Sequence record: SRR2962707_1499 | DNA: 60,452 nucleotides | Direction: 5' to 3' (one strand) | In this document: one piece after another, positions 39,451 through 51,028 of the stretch | Layout: the number at the start of each line of letters is the position of its first letter | Position numbering within the stretch: position 1 is the stretch's first letter | Position numbers and translations under genes: made by a program | The notes under the pieces: model-generated | Seen by the model: the letters and a program-made list of their open reading frames with translations, nothing else | What the model was told of the DNA's origin: nothing | The model's database searches: none

Positions 39451-40752
39451 ATGGTTTCCACTATGCAAGACTCACTGACATCACAAGAGTACATCGAACT
39501 CGACAAACAACGGCTCTGGCACCCTTATACTTCGATGAGTGCCCCTACCCCACATTACCTAGTCGAACACGCTTCTGAGTGCGAAATCACGCTCGCGAGC
39601 GGAGCAACACTCATCGATGGTATGTCCTCATGGTGGAGTGTGATTCATGGATACAACCACCCAAGCATCAACCAAGCCCTTAAGTCACAAATCGATGATT
39701 TCTCTCATGTGATGTTTGGCGGCTTTACCCACAAACCCGCCATCGACTTAGCCAATAAGCTCGTCAACATGACGCCTGAGCCACTACAAAGAGTGTTCTT
39801 TTCAGATTCAGGGTCTGTTTCCGTTGAAGTCGCACTTAAAATGGCGATTCAATACTGGCACTCCCAAGGCAAGCCAACTAAGCAGTATTTTGCCACCCCA
39901 AAAAGTGGCTACCACGGTGACACTTTTGCCGCCATGTCCGTGTGTGATCCAGAAAATGGAATGCACAATCTGTTTAATGGCGCGGTCACTGAGCAGTGCT
40001 TTGTGTCGCCCCCGCCCATTGGCATCAATAATCCGGTAAAAGAAGAGTATATCGACGAAATTCGTCAATTATTCATAGAAAAACACCAAATCATCGCAGG
40101 TTTTATTATCGAACCCGTGGTGCAAAACGCCGGCGGAATGCGGTTTTACAACCCCGAGTATTTAAACCGACTTCGCGACTTATGCGATGAGTTCGACATC
40201 TTGCTTATTTTTGATGAAATCGCCACTGGATTCGGTCGCACCGGCAAGTTGTTTGCCACGAATCACACCAATATTTGCCCAGATATCATGTGCGTTGGTA
40301 AAGCCTTAACTGGCGGCTATATCACGCTAGCCGCGACCTTAACCACAGACAAGGTCGCCCTCGGCATCAGCGATAAAGGGGGCGTATTTATGCATGGTCC
40401 TACTTTTATGGGGAACCCACTCGCTTGTGCCGCGGCTAACGCCAGCCTATCGCTGCTCGCCAGTTATGACATTGAAGCACGTATCGGTCAGATTGAACGC
40501 TGGATGACAGAAGCCCTCGCGCCCTGCGCCAGCCTTGCACAGGTTGCCGATGTCAGATGTTTTGGCGCCATCGGCGTTGTCGAGCTAAAATCCGCCGTCG
40601 ATCAACACCAAATTCAACCCAAATTCGTAGAACGAGGGGTTTGGGTGCGCCCCTTTGGCAAACTGATCTATTTGATGCCTCCCTACATAATCACGCAGTC
40701 ACAAATTCAAGCCCTTGGTAACGCCATTTATGAGATTGCCAGCGAAGAGTAA
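39451..40752 (+). CDS. bioA: DAPA aminotransferase
   Basis: WHPYT, DGMSSWW, DEIATGFGRTG, GKALTGG, HGPTFMGNP. Confidence 0.97.
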   Translation: MVSTMQDSLTSQEYIELDKQRLWHPYTSMSAPTPHYLVEHASECEITLASGATLIDGMSSWWSVIHGYNHPSINQALKSQIDDFSHVMFGGFTHKPAIDLANKLVNMTPEPLQRVFFSDSGSVSVEVALKMAIQYWHSQGKPTKQYFATPKSGYHGDTFAAMSVCDPENGMHNLFNGAVTEQCFVSPPPIGINNPVKEEYIDEIRQLFIEKHQIIAGFIIEPVVQNAGGMRFYNPEYLNRLRDLCDEFDILLIFDEIATGFGRTGKLFATNHTNICPDIMCVGKALTGGYITLAATLTTDKVALGISDKGGVFMHGPTFMGNPLACAAANASLSLLASYDIEARIGQIERWMTEALAPCASLAQVADVRCFGAIGVVELKSAVDQHQIQPKFVERGVWVRPFGKLIYLMPPYIITQSQIQALGNAIYEIASEE

Positions 40753-40797
40753 CCCAGCGCTCAAATCGGCTTGTTAGCCGATGAACAATGGCAAAGC

Positions 40798-40833
40798 AAA
40801 AAAAAGAGCGCCCTATGCTGGCGCTCTTTTTTT
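40798..40833. terminator. Bidirectional intrinsic terminator (bioA / pomB)
   Basis: A8-GAGCGCC ctatgct GGCGCTC-T7. Confidence 0.9.
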
Positions 40834-40862
40834 ATTCTCTCATCGAGAAACGAGTCCTGTTG

Positions 40863-41858
40863 TTAAAAAATCTCACCCGGCGCTAAATTAAAGCGCTTGT
40901 CATCAAGGCTCGACTTATCCACCTCAACGGTATTGTTGTTTGCGTTGCTTTTCGGCACTTGTGGACGCGCTAAATCATTTTGTTTAATCACAATTTCCAC
41001 TCGGCGGTTGGTCGCCCTGTTGGCCGGACTATTATTTGGCACCAAAGGGCGCGTATCGGCAAAACCCGTTACCGCAAAACGATTCTGATTTAACTTGCCA
41101 GAAGCAAACAGCTCTTCGGCAACAGAGATAGCTCGAGCGGAAGACAGCTGCCAATTCGATTTAAAGCGTCGACTGTCAATGGGCACGTTATCCGTATGCC
41201 CTTCAACAGAAATAGAGCCTTTCACACCCACCAACAAATCCCGCACCATATCAATCACAGGAATAAAGTCATAATTTAGCTCAGCGGAGCCTGACTCAAA
41301 CGTGCCTTTGTCTTTTAGACGTATGGTGATGGTTTGCTCTTGGGTTTCAACTTCGACCGTTCCTTTGGAGATTTCTTCACTCATCACCGAGGCTATTTGA
41401 CGAGCATCGTCTTCGGTTTGCTGAATTTTCTTTTCGCGCTCTAAATCCGCTTTTGACTTATCCACAAAAACTTCTTGAGAAGGCTGTCCTGCGCCATCAT
41501 GTTCGTTCATCTCCGCCGTCCCAGGCTTGCACAACACTTCTAACGTATGATCTGGCTTGTCGTCCGCCTTTTGGCGAACTTCATTTATTGGCGTCGGTTC
41601 CGGCCGCCCCGGACTAAACTCTTGGGCAATAATAGAGGTTCCCATCGGAATACTTTCCGCTTCAATCTCTTTTTGCACACCAAAGGCTTCACGCATTGAT
41701 CCGGCCAATTGCTTGAACTTTAAGACATCCATTTCTGCGAATGACAGCAGCAATACAAAGAAACACATCAGCAACGACATCAAGTCGGCAAAGGTTCCCA
41801 TGTAGGCCGGCAGCCCCTCTATACATTCAGGGCAGTCTTGTTCTTCTTCATCACTCAT
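40863..41858 (-). CDS. pomB: Stator B subunit, PomB-type
   Basis: YMGTFADLMSLLMCFFVLLLSF, VEGHTDN, NRRVEI. Confidence 0.93.
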   Translation of the reverse strand: MSDEEEQDCPECIEGLPAYMGTFADLMSLLMCFFVLLLSFAEMDVLKFKQLAGSMREAFGVQKEIEAESIPMGTSIIAQEFSPGRPEPTPINEVRQKADDKPDHTLEVLCKPGTAEMNEHDGAGQPSQEVFVDKSKADLEREKKIQQTEDDARQIASVMSEEISKGTVEVETQEQTITIRLKDKGTFESGSAELNYDFIPVIDMVRDLLVGVKGSISVEGHTDNVPIDSRRFKSNWQLSSARAISVAEELFASGKLNQNRFAVTGFADTRPLVPNNSPANRATNRRVEIVIKQNDLARPQVPKSNANNNTVEVDKSSLDDKRFNLAPGEIF

Positions 41859-41884
41859 CCAATAACCCGACTACAGCTAAAAAG

Positions 41885-42640
41885 TTATTCACGTTCAATA
41901 CGCTTACCTTCGGCAATATAGGTTTTCAACACACCATCTACTACACGAGGGTTTTGCCCTGCTTGAATCGCCAGTAAAGCTTCTAGAATCAATTTTTGAC
42001 ACATTAATTCTTCATTGGCTCGGTTCTGCAATTTTGCTTGGATCGGCAAACACACCATATTGGCTAATGCCGCACCGTACAAAGTCGTCAGCAAGGCAAC
42101 CGCCATGGCAGGCCCGATGGCCTTAGGGTCATCCATGTTGGCCAACATTTGCACCAACCCCACCAAGGTCCCAATCATCCCCATGGCTGGCCCAACGTCG
42201 CCAAATGCCTTAAAGACTTTCGCACCTGCATCATGACGAGCAAACGCCATATTCATATCATTAGAAAGCTGACTTTTCACCACAGAACCGTCATGCCCGT
42301 CCACCAGCATCTGAATGCCTTTAGACAAAAACGGATGACTCACTTCTTTGCCTTCAAGAGAAAGCAATCCACCTTTACGCGCTTCATCGGCCAAACCGTA
42401 GATTTCATCGATTAACGTGTCTAACGGTGTGCTTTTGAACATGAAGGCTTTTGCGGCAACTTTACCTGCGCCAAGAAACTGCCCGAGAGGATATTGAATA
42501 AGCACAACAAAAGTGGAACCAATCAATACAATCAACACAGAGGCGGGGTCTAAAAACATCCCTGCTGAGCCGCCTAACAGAATAGCCATTAAAACAATGA
42601 CAAAAGAGCCGACCAACCCAATTAACGTTGCGATATCCAC
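41885..42640 (-). CDS. pomA: Stator A subunit, PomA-type
   Basis: ARKGGLLSLE, DVGPAMGMIGTLVGLV, AVALLTTLYG; divergent from xseB. Confidence 0.94.
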   Translation of the reverse strand: MDIATLIGLVGSFVIVLMAILLGGSAGMFLDPASVLIVLIGSTFVVLIQYPLGQFLGAGKVAAKAFMFKSTPLDTLIDEIYGLADEARKGGLLSLEGKEVSHPFLSKGIQMLVDGHDGSVVKSQLSNDMNMAFARHDAGAKVFKAFGDVGPAMGMIGTLVGLVQMLANMDDPKAIGPAMAVALLTTLYGAALANMVCLPIQAKLQNRANEELMCQKLILEALLAIQAGQNPRVVDGVLKTYIAEGKRIERE

Positions 42641-42812
42641 ACACGTCTCCTACCAAAAAAGCTATAATAAACACAGTTTAACTAATTCTAAACGAAAGAA
42701 TATAAAAAGGATCAGATCTTTGATCAGTATTTTTGTAATTTCTACAGAGCTGATACTCGAAGAATTTATCATTTTCTGTTACAAATTATCGTGATACCCA
42801 AGAGAATTAATC

Positions 42813-43055
42813 ATGCCTCGTAAAAACAGCGTCCGTCATTTCGAAGAAAACCTAAACGAGCTAGACAGCATAGTGGCTCAATTAGAATCTAATCAGTTAC
42901 CACTCGAAGAAGCCTTAAAGGCCTTTGAAAAAGGGGTTAAAATTAGTCAGGATTGCCAATCCGTACTCACTCAAGCTGAGCAAAAGGTTCAAATATTGCT
43001 CGATAAGCAAGATGGCGAACACTTAGAACCCTTTGATCCGGAATCTGCTTCGTGA
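42813..43055 (+). CDS. xseB: Exonuclease VII small subunit
   Basis: FEENLNELDSIV..LEEALKAFEKG..AEQKV. Confidence 0.95.
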   Translation: MPRKNSVRHFEENLNELDSIVAQLESNQLPLEEALKAFEKGVKISQDCQSVLTQAEQKVQILLDKQDGEHLEPFDPESAS

Positions 43056-43933
43056 ATTTAGACCAGTTTTCTCAATACGCTTGCCAACGCGTCGACTCTT
43101 TTCTTAAGCAGCAATTAGATATTTACCCGCCAGCGGTAAATTTGCAAGAAGCGATGTCTTATAGCTTATTTAATGGCGGAAAACGCATTAGACCCATGCT
43201 AACGTACGCGACCGCGGCCTTGTTTGCCGAGCCTAATGCGTTAACCGATGCCAGTGCGGCGGCCATTGAATCTATCCATGCCTATTCATTGATCCACGAT
43301 GACTTGCCCGCGATGGACGACGACGACTTACGCCGAGGAAAACCCACCTGCCATATTCAGTTTGACGAAGCAACCGCGATCCTAGCCGGCGATGCTCTAC
43401 AGACGTTCGCGTTTGAATTGCTCAGCGCACCGTCATTAAACAATGCTAAGATACAACTTCAACTGATTCGTGAATTATCTCTCGCCTCCGGTAGACATGG
43501 CATGATTACCGGCCAAATGATTGATCTTGCCAATGTTGATCAAACCATTTCCATTGAAACACTAGAACAGATGCATGCCCATAAAACCGGTGCTCTGATT
43601 CGTGCCAGTGTTCGCATGGGCGCGCTCAGTACCGAGCAAGCCAGTGCCCAGCAGTTAGCCGCACTGGATGCGTACGCCAAAGCAATCGGGTTGGCCTTTC
43701 AAGTGCAAGACGACATCATTGATATCACCAGTGATACGCAAACACTTGGAAAAACACAGTTTTCGGATGAAGAGGCCAACAAGCCAACTTACCCCAAACT
43801 GCTTGGCCTCGAAGGCGCTACCGCCTTGGCAAAACAGCTGCATGATCAAGCAATTGAGGATATTTCCTCATTTGGAGAGGCCGCGCAGCCGTTAGTTGAG
43901 CTTGCAAACTATATTATTGGTCGCAACCACTGA
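43052..43933 (+). CDS. ispA: Farnesyl diphosphate synthase
   Basis: GGKRIRP, HDDLPAMDDDDLRRG, FQVQDD. Confidence 0.96.
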   Translation: MNLDQFSQYACQRVDSFLKQQLDIYPPAVNLQEAMSYSLFNGGKRIRPMLTYATAALFAEPNALTDASAAAIESIHAYSLIHDDLPAMDDDDLRRGKPTCHIQFDEATAILAGDALQTFAFELLSAPSLNNAKIQLQLIRELSLASGRHGMITGQMIDLANVDQTISIETLEQMHAHKTGALIRASVRMGALSTEQASAQQLAALDAYAKAIGLAFQVQDDIIDITSDTQTLGKTQFSDEEANKPTYPKLLGLEGATALAKQLHDQAIEDISSFGEAAQPLVELANYIIGRNH

Positions 43934-43980
43934 TATACTAGCGCGTTAATTATTTCGCTTTAATTTATGAGACCTTACTG

Positions 43981-45873
43981 GTGCCCATGTTCGAAGAAAT
44001 CCCAACCTCGCGTCCCAACACGCCACTATTAGATAAGGTGAATGCGCCGTCAGATTTGCGCGCATTGAAAAAAGAGCAACTGCCTCTTCTAGTACGCGAA
44101 CTGCGCGAATTTATGCTTTTCAGCGTTGGTCAAACTGGCGGACATTTTGGTGCAGGCCTAGGCGTTGTCGAACTGACCGTCGCTCTACATTATTTATTTA
44201 ATACGCCTGAAGATCGTATTGTTTGGGATGTGGGCCATCAGGCTTACCCTCACAAAATTCTCACCGGTCGCCGCGATGCGTTATTGACCATAAGACAAGA
44301 AAACGGCATTTCTGGTTTTCCAAAGCGAGAAGAAAGCGAATACGACACCTTTGGTGTCGGTCATTCAAGTACCTCTATTGGTGCCGCGCTGGGCATGTCG
44401 CTAGCCGCACGCCAATTAAAAACAGGCCGTAAAGCCGTTGCCGTGATTGGCGATGGCGCTATGTCTGCCGGCATGGCATTCGAAGCGTTAAACCACGCAG
44501 GCGATGTAAAAGCCGATATGCTGGTAATTCTCAACGACAATGAAATGTCTATTTCAAAACCCGTTGGCGCGCTATCGAGTTATTTTGCCCGCATGTGGGC
44601 CAGTAAAACCTATGAAAACCTTCGTGAAGGCGGCCGTAAAGTTTTCTCTGGCTTGCCATCTGCGTTGGAGCTGGCACGTAAAGCAGAAGAGCACATGAAA
44701 GGTCTGGTTTCACCTGGCACCTTGTTTGAAGAGCTCGGCTTTAATTATATTGGGCCTATTGATGGTCACGATATGGACCACTTATTGACCACGATCGCAA
44801 ATCTAAAAGATCGATCCGGCCCACAATTTCTTCATGTGATCACCAAAAAAGGCAAAGGCTTTGAGCCTGCCGAGGGTGACCCGATCGGCTATCATGCGAT
44901 CAATAAGACAGAACCAGATAGCCCATCCACGTCCCCAAAAGTTAAATTGCCGAAGTATTGCAATGTTTTTGGTCAATGGGTGTGCGATGCGGCCGAGCAA
45001 GATAACAAGCTTGTCGCCATCACCCCTGCAATGAAAGAAGGCTCTGACCTCATTGAGTTTGCTGAGCGTTTTCCACAGCGTTATTTCGATGTGGCCATCG
45101 CAGAACAACACGCCGTTACTCTGGCGGCAGGTATGGCCTGTGATGGGGTAAAACCCGTTGTGGCGATTTATTCGACCTTTCTGCAACGCGCCTATGACCA
45201 GCTGATTCACGATGTTGCATTACAGAATTTAGATGTGTTGTTTGCCATCGATCGGGCTGGACTCGTCGGTGAAGACGGTCCGACTCACGCCGGCGTCTAT
45301 GACCTTAGCTACTTGCGGTGCATTCCAAATATGGTCGTCATGGCACCGTCTGATGAAGATGAATGCCGTAAAATGCTGCAAACCGGGTATCAATATAACG
45401 GCCCTGCCGCAGTACGCTACCCTCGAGGAACCGGACGTGGCGTAACCATAGAACCTACCCTTAGCACACTAGAAATTGGCAAGGCCCGCACCTTACACAG
45501 CGGCGAATCTGGCATTGTTATCTGCGCTTTTGGTCGCCCCACTTATGACGCGCTACAAGCGGCACAAAACTTAGATGCCACCTTGCTGGATATGCGCTTC
45601 GTCAAACCAATAGATCAAGCAGCTTTGCTGGCGCAAGCAGACGCGAAACTAATGGTCACTGTGGAAGAGAATGCCATCATGGGCGGCGCAGGATCCGCCG
45701 TTAGTGAGTTTTACTTGTCTCAAAACATTACCATGTCGACCCTTCATATTGGACTGCCGGACCAATATGAAGAACACGCCAGCCACAGCGCCATGCTAAG
45801 GCACGTTGGCTTAGATGCCGATGGCATAGAAAGACAAATCAAACAAAGATTGGCTGAAATAGCAAAAGGGTAA
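43981..45873 (+). CDS. dxs: 1-deoxy-D-xylulose-5-phosphate synthase
   Basis: [33 protein letters not shown]. Confidence 0.98.
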   Translation: MPMFEEIPTSRPNTPLLDKVNAPSDLRALKKEQLPLLVRELREFMLFSVGQTGGHFGAGLGVVELTVALHYLFNTPEDRIVWDVGHQAYPHKILTGRRDALLTIRQENGISGFPKREESEYDTFGVGHSSTSIGAALGMSLAARQLKTGRKAVAVIGDGAMSAGMAFEALNHAGDVKADMLVILNDNEMSISKPVGALSSYFARMWASKTYENLREGGRKVFSGLPSALELARKAEEHMKGLVSPGTLFEELGFNYIGPIDGHDMDHLLTTIANLKDRSGPQFLHVITKKGKGFEPAEGDPIGYHAINKTEPDSPSTSPKVKLPKYCNVFGQWVCDAAEQDNKLVAITPAMKEGSDLIEFAERFPQRYFDVAIAEQHAVTLAAGMACDGVKPVVAIYSTFLQRAYDQLIHDVALQNLDVLFAIDRAGLVGEDGPTHAGVYDLSYLRCIPNMVVMAPSDEDECRKMLQTGYQYNGPAAVRYPRGTGRGVTIEPTLSTLEIGKARTLHSGESGIVICAFGRPTYDALQAAQNLDATLLDMRFVKPIDQAALLAQADAKLMVTVEENAIMGGAGSAVSEFYLSQNITMSTLHIGLPDQYEEHASHSAMLRHVGLDADGIERQIKQRLAEIAKG

Positions 45874-45910
45874 ACTCACCCCAAGCGATTCAACGAACAT
45901 CACTTAACAT

Positions 45911-45942
45911 AAAGAACCAACAGCCCGCCTGTTGGTTTTTTT
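45911..45942 (+). terminator. Intrinsic terminator after dxs (probably bidirectional)
   Basis: AACCAACAG cccgc CTGTTGGTT followed by a T run. Confidence 0.85.
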
Positions 45943-45972
45943 ATGTCAGTCGTTTAGCAAGGTCAGAAACAA

Positions 45973-47133
45973 CTAGCCTACGATCAAGTTACGCTCTGGA
46001 ATGTTGTGTAAACAATAATGCGTAATGCCTTCATGCAGGGCGCTGGCAATCTTATTTTGGAAAGCCTTAGTTCGAAGTTTCTTCTCTTCGTGTGGGTTAG
46101 AGATAAACGCCGTTTCCACCAAGGCAGACGGAATATCCGGTGACTTAAGAACCGCAAAAGCCGCCCTTTCAACCCGTTTATGCAGCACTTTTTCTGTTTT
46201 AGCAAGATTGCTAATCACAGTGTTCGCCAGATCCGTACTGGCTTGTAAGGTGCCTGTTTGAGATAAATCGAGCAATACCTTAGCCAGCATATTGTCTTTG
46301 GTATTTAACGATACGCCACCAATTAGATCCGAATTATTCTCTCTATGCGCCAAGCGTCGCGCCATCACGCTCGTCGCGCCTTTATTAGACAAGATATACA
46401 CAGAAGAACCTCGTACCGAACGGTCTTCACAGGCATCGGCATGCACAGAAACAAAAATATCCGCCTTATGTTTATGCGCGATATTGACCCTATCACGCAA
46501 TGGAATAAACACATCTTTGTCCCGCGTCATAATGACTTTAAAGCCTTGCGTGCGGTTTAACTTTTCGCGCAGCATACGCCCAATGGCCAATACCACGTCT
46601 TTTTCATGGGTACCGTGTTTGCCCGTTGCTCCTGGGTCTTTGCCGCCGTGACCTGGGTCCACAACAACAATAATGTCACGCTTTTCGGGCTGCCTTGTGG
46701 CCACTTTATGTTGCACCACAACAGAATCTGTCAGCGTTATTATCAGTTCATTATGACGCGCACCACGACGAACCGAGGTGGAGTTAAAGGCAATGTGCTT
46801 TTCTAAATCAAACACCAGGCGCAAAGTATCCCCATGGTGAATGGCCCAACGCACATCTTTAAAAAGCCCTAATTTGTGGAGCGATTTAACAGCATAGGCA
46901 TTTTTTGTTTGCGGCAGATCCACCACTAAGCGTTCAGGATTCTTTAACGTGAAGACCTTGTAATGAGGCGTATGAGTCAACTTCAGGGTGAGGTGCGCGT
47001 TGCTCCCTTTGCGGTATGTGGCTATTTCTTCTAGAGTGTTGCCTTGTTCTGCAAACCCAGAAACAGGCAAAAGAGTGGCACAAGAGGCCAATAAAAAACG
47101 TCGAATGAAAGTACGTCGAGTGCTGCTTGTCAT
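45973..47133 (-). CDS. amiC: N-acetylmuramoyl-L-alanine amidase with AMIN domain, Tat-exported (AmiC-like)
   Basis: TRRTFI twin-Arg signal; RLVVDL; DPGHGGKDPGA, SVHAD, LVETAFISN. Confidence 0.85.
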   Translation of the reverse strand: MTSSTRRTFIRRFLLASCATLLPVSGFAEQGNTLEEIATYRKGSNAHLTLKLTHTPHYKVFTLKNPERLVVDLPQTKNAYAVKSLHKLGLFKDVRWAIHHGDTLRLVFDLEKHIAFNSTSVRRGARHNELIITLTDSVVVQHKVATRQPEKRDIIVVVDPGHGGKDPGATGKHGTHEKDVVLAIGRMLREKLNRTQGFKVIMTRDKDVFIPLRDRVNIAHKHKADIFVSVHADACEDRSVRGSSVYILSNKGATSVMARRLAHRENNSDLIGGVSLNTKDNMLAKVLLDLSQTGTLQASTDLANTVISNLAKTEKVLHKRVERAAFAVLKSPDIPSALVETAFISNPHEEKKLRTKAFQNKIASALHEGITHYCLHNIPERNLIVG

Positions 47134-47350
47134 AGGTGATACGTGATTAATTAAAAGAAGTTAGTTGTGTAATGAAAATCAACACAAGGTGTTACAAAGT
47201 AACAAATACCCAATCAGATTTCAAAAACAGAGTATGAGCTTTACACAAACCTCAAACTTCAGTAAACGCGTATTTTGCCCTCTTTATTCAGATAAAAAAA
47301 AGCCCCGCTTCACAGCAGGGCCTTATAAACGCATTGTGTCTAGGGATTCA

Positions 47351-48694
47351 TCACGCAGGAACGGTAATCAAATCCAAGCGTTGACGAAAACGCATCACAG
47401 CCAAACCAGCCAAAACGCCGACACCACATACAAAGGCGACGTAATAAGCAGGTGAAAGTGGGTCTTCACGCAACATCAAGCTAACCACCATTGGCGTTGT
47501 TCCACCAAAAATGGCATACGCCACATTGTAAGAGAACGACAAGCCTGAAAAACGGATCGCCGCTGGGAAGCTCTTCACAGCAATCGCCGGCACAACCCCT
47601 ACCAGTCCAGTGAAGAAGCCGACTAAGGCATACAATGGGAACAAGTACGTTGTGTCATGCAGCATGGTGCTATAGAAAACCCAGTAACTGATGGCCAAGC
47701 CAATACTGAAAATAATCATAATAGGACCATTACCAAAACGGTCTGCCAAAGCACCACAAACCACAGAGCCAATCACCACAAAAATAATTGCTAAGCTGTT
47801 GGCTTCCAAAGACAGTTTTGCGTCCAGATGAATCAGCTTTTGCAACAAAGATGGCGTCATCAATACGGTTACAACCACCGCTGCTGTCAGCACCCAAGTT
47901 ACCGCCATAGACACAGCCACTGAAGGCGCATGGTTTTTCAGCACGGTTTTAATTGGCAACTCAACCGCCAATTCTTGGCTTTCCTGCATTTCTTTGAAGA
48001 TTGGCGTTTCTTGTAACCAGCGACGCAAGTACATTGCGATAAAGCCGAACACACCACCCAACAAGAAAGGAAAACGCCAAGCGTAATCAGAAATCTCATC
48101 CGCTGTGTAAACCGTATGCATACCTGTTGCAATCAAAGAGCCGATCAAAATACCAGCAACCAATCCTGCAGACAGAATGCCACACGCTAAACCAACATGA
48201 CGTTTGGAGACGTGCTCAGTAACAAATACCCAAGCTCCAGGCGCTTCACCACCAATCGCTGCACCTTGTAACACACGGAAGAAAAGTAATAACAACGGCG
48301 CGGCAATGCCAATGGTTTCATAAGTTGGCATTAAACCAATGGCAAACGTTGGAATAGCCATCAGCAAGATACTCATCATAAACATACGTTTACGACCAAG
48401 AATATCGCCAAAGTGCGCCATGATAATGCCACCCAAAGGACGCGCTAAATAACCCGCAGCGAAAATCCCGTAGGTTTGTACTTGGCGAAGCCACTCTGGC
48501 ATGTCGGTTGGAAAGAACAAACTACCAACGACATTGGCAAAATAGACAAAAATAACAAAATCATAAAACTCGAGCGCGCCACCGAGCGCCGATAAGCTTA
48601 ATGTTTTGGCATCGTTTTTATTCAATCTGCGATGCGGATCGGACTGACCATCAGCATCACCATTTAGATGAGTATTATTAGGTTTTGAGTTCAT
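47351..48694 (-). CDS. MFS transporter, metabolite:H+ symporter (ProP-like) family
   Basis: [27 protein letters not shown]. Confidence 0.92.
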
Positions 48695-48966
48695 GATTAT
48701 TTTATTAACAGCTACTGTTTGTTTGAGACTTTTGTTTAAGGTAATCCGCTATAAACCCGCACCATTATTATTTAATTCGTTTCAGTGTCGTGTTTTATTT
48801 TATAGCAGGGGGAATGAATACTACTGAGGCTTTTCCATAAAAGAAAGACGTATTGTGCATTTTCTCGTCGTTCGTCTAGCCGAAACGCAACAAGTGAAAA
48901 GCTAGACCGATTCGAAAGAAAATAATTCATGTTAGAACAGGAGGATAAAGCGTATTAATACAAACC

Positions 48967-49001
48967 CAAAAGCACCTTACAGGGCAGCAACAAGGTGCTT
49001 T
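48967..49001 (-). terminator. Hairpin / probable terminator in long intergenic region
   Basis: Minus strand AAAGCACCTT-N14-AAGGTGCTTTT. Confidence 0.55.
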
Positions 49002-49484
49002 CAAGGAACAAATCCATCCCCTGTGGCGCCGCGGCTTTTAGTCGCTAGAGAAATCTGCTTCTTTGTGTTTTCAGGCTTTCAACAGTAACTGTGTCAACGT
49101 TATCACGGCTAATCTCTGTCATTGGAGGTTTTAGTCGTTTAATTGCTCGACATGTCATCACGTAAATATCCATATATTGAATACGTTAAACACAATAAAC
49201 TGAGTGATTAAGAAGGTTAACCAGCAAGCCCAAAGATACCGTGCATTTACCTATTTTGACGACTCGTAGGCAGTCACCATAAAGCCATTGGTAAATGGCA
49301 CCACTTTATTAAAGCGCTGCGGTTATAGAACAGCCATGAATTCAATCGCCAACTTAATGTCTGTCTAAAAAAACAAAAAACGTTCTCTTTTTTGCCTTTA
49401 TTGACCACTTTAGACAAATCCCTCTTGCCTCTTTAAGTACTCTCCTTTACATTCAAAAAGCTTAAATTTTTCAAGGAGATAAAA

Positions 49485-49748
49485 ATGTATAAAGCACTAT
49501 TCATCGCTTCTTCCGCACTATTATTAACCGCATGTTCTGGCGCCAATGTAACCAGTCAAATCCGTGATTTTGATGCCACGACACCAGAAAAAATGATGCG
49601 CTGTGTGACGGTTGAAACAGGTGATTCTGACACCAATGAAGAATTAAAAGCCTACGATGGTTGGACCATGGTTTATGCATCTGAATACACCACAGATAAT
49701 AAAGCCACAACAGAACTTACCATGTGCTTCGAAAAATCTGCTCAGTAA
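49485..49748 (+). CDS. Small lipoprotein, unknown function
   Basis: AAGGAG RBS; signal peptide with lipobox LTAC. Confidence 0.8.
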   Translation: MYKALFIASSALLLTACSGANVTSQIRDFDATTPEKMMRCVTVETGDSDTNEELKAYDGWTMVYASEYTTDNKATTELTMCFEKSAQ

Positions 49749-49756
49749 TTTTGGCA

Positions 49757-49797
49757 TTTAAAATGGCGGGGCACGAAATAACACCCGCCACTTTAAA
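49757..49797. terminator. Hairpin between convergent genes
   Basis: TTTAAAaTGGCGGG...CCCGCCAcTTTAAA. Confidence 0.65.
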
Positions 49798-49815
49798 CAA
49801 AGAAGACAATTAGAA

Positions 49816-50205
49816 CTACTGGTTAGACAAAAAACACGTAGCGCAGATTTTATTACCTGATGGATCACGTAAATACGCTAAATACAGCTTTCTAGTGCCA
49901 TTTTCTCTTATTCCTGGCGCTGATTCACAGGCTTCACCACCCGCTGCAACACCAGCAGCATGCCATGCATCGACTAATTCTGGAGTCGTTGCTTTAAAGC
50001 CTATCGTCGAGCCATTTCCGTACGTGGCCGCTTCCCCATTAATGGGCTTGGTAATGGCAAACGCACCGCTTTCACTAAAGTAAAAGAAACGCTGGTTAGA
50101 CTCGTCAACAACCGCAGGCTCAAACCCCAACACACCTAAGATGGCATCATAGAAAACTTTCGACTTTTCAATGTCATTCGTACCGAGCATTACATGACTG
50201 AACAT
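49816..50205 (-). CDS. VOC/glyoxalase-family protein
   Basis: MFSHVMLGTND..FYDA.L..LG, YLAYLRDPSGNKI; GAGG before ATG 50205. Confidence 0.9.
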   Translation of the reverse strand: MFSHVMLGTNDIEKSKVFYDAILGVLGFEPAVVDESNQRFFYFSESGAFAITKPINGEAATYGNGSTIGFKATTPELVDAWHAAGVAAGGEACESAPGIRENGTRKLYLAYLRDPSGNKICATCFLSNQ

Positions 50206-50394
50206 AACTACAACCTCGTGATAATGAACGCGATAATACAATCGCTTAGGGTCAGATGAAGCACAGCTACTTTCTCTAAAGCACTGCCATTTCATGTGAA
50301 TCACATCATAATATATAAAAACACGTTTGTATCACCTGCCATAAAGGTCAATGTTAGGCTGTCTTTTGTCTGCCAAACAGCGTGGCTTTTGACG

Positions 50395-50730
50395 TTACGA
50401 CACCCCGCGCGGAGCAAACATGATAATGGCCATGCCCACCAGCGCCACTCCCGAACCAACCAAATCCCATGCGGTAGGACGAATGCCATCCACCGCCCAG
50501 AGCCACAATATCGCGGTAAAAATATACACACCACCATACGCAGCATACACTCGCCCAGCAGCAGAAGGATGCAAGGTAAGCAACCACGCAAATGCGATTA
50601 AACTCAGCGCGGCAGGCAGCAATAACCATATCGATTTACCTTCTCGTAACCACAGATAAGGAAGGTAACAACCTATAATTTCAGCCAGTGCGGTCACCAT
50701 AAAAAGACCGACTGTTTTTAACTCAGGCAT
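50395..50730 (-). CDS. ynfA: YnfA/UPF0060 small membrane protein
   Basis: [21 protein letters not shown]. Confidence 0.9.
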   Translation of the reverse strand: MPELKTVGLFMVTALAEIIGCYLPYLWLREGKSIWLLLPAALSLIAFAWLLTLHPSAAGRVYAAYGGVYIFTAILWLWAVDGIRPTAWDLVGSGVALVGMAIIMFAPRGVS

Positions 50731-51028
50731 AGCATTCAACACCTTAAAAAAACACGTGAGACAACACCGCCGTTAATCGGCAATGCAAAAGAAAACGCAA
50801 TGACGAGATTCACCGCATTAGCGACCAAGATCAACAAAGTGAACGCCAGTCTAAATACCATAACCTGAAATAACAAAGCCATGGCCCAAGATGACAAAAC
50901 CAAACCGAAAATAACGCCTTAGCCAAAGAGAAACGCCATCGTTAGATAGCACATTATTTATCCATTTCCAGCACCAAGTTCCGCTATAGTAAGCATCATT
51001 CGTCGTTTTCACCATATGGACATTACTT

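Noticed and set aside
42734-42746. TGTA-N5-TACA palindrome between pomA and xseB
   Set aside because: Too short in an AT-rich spacer to distinguish from chance
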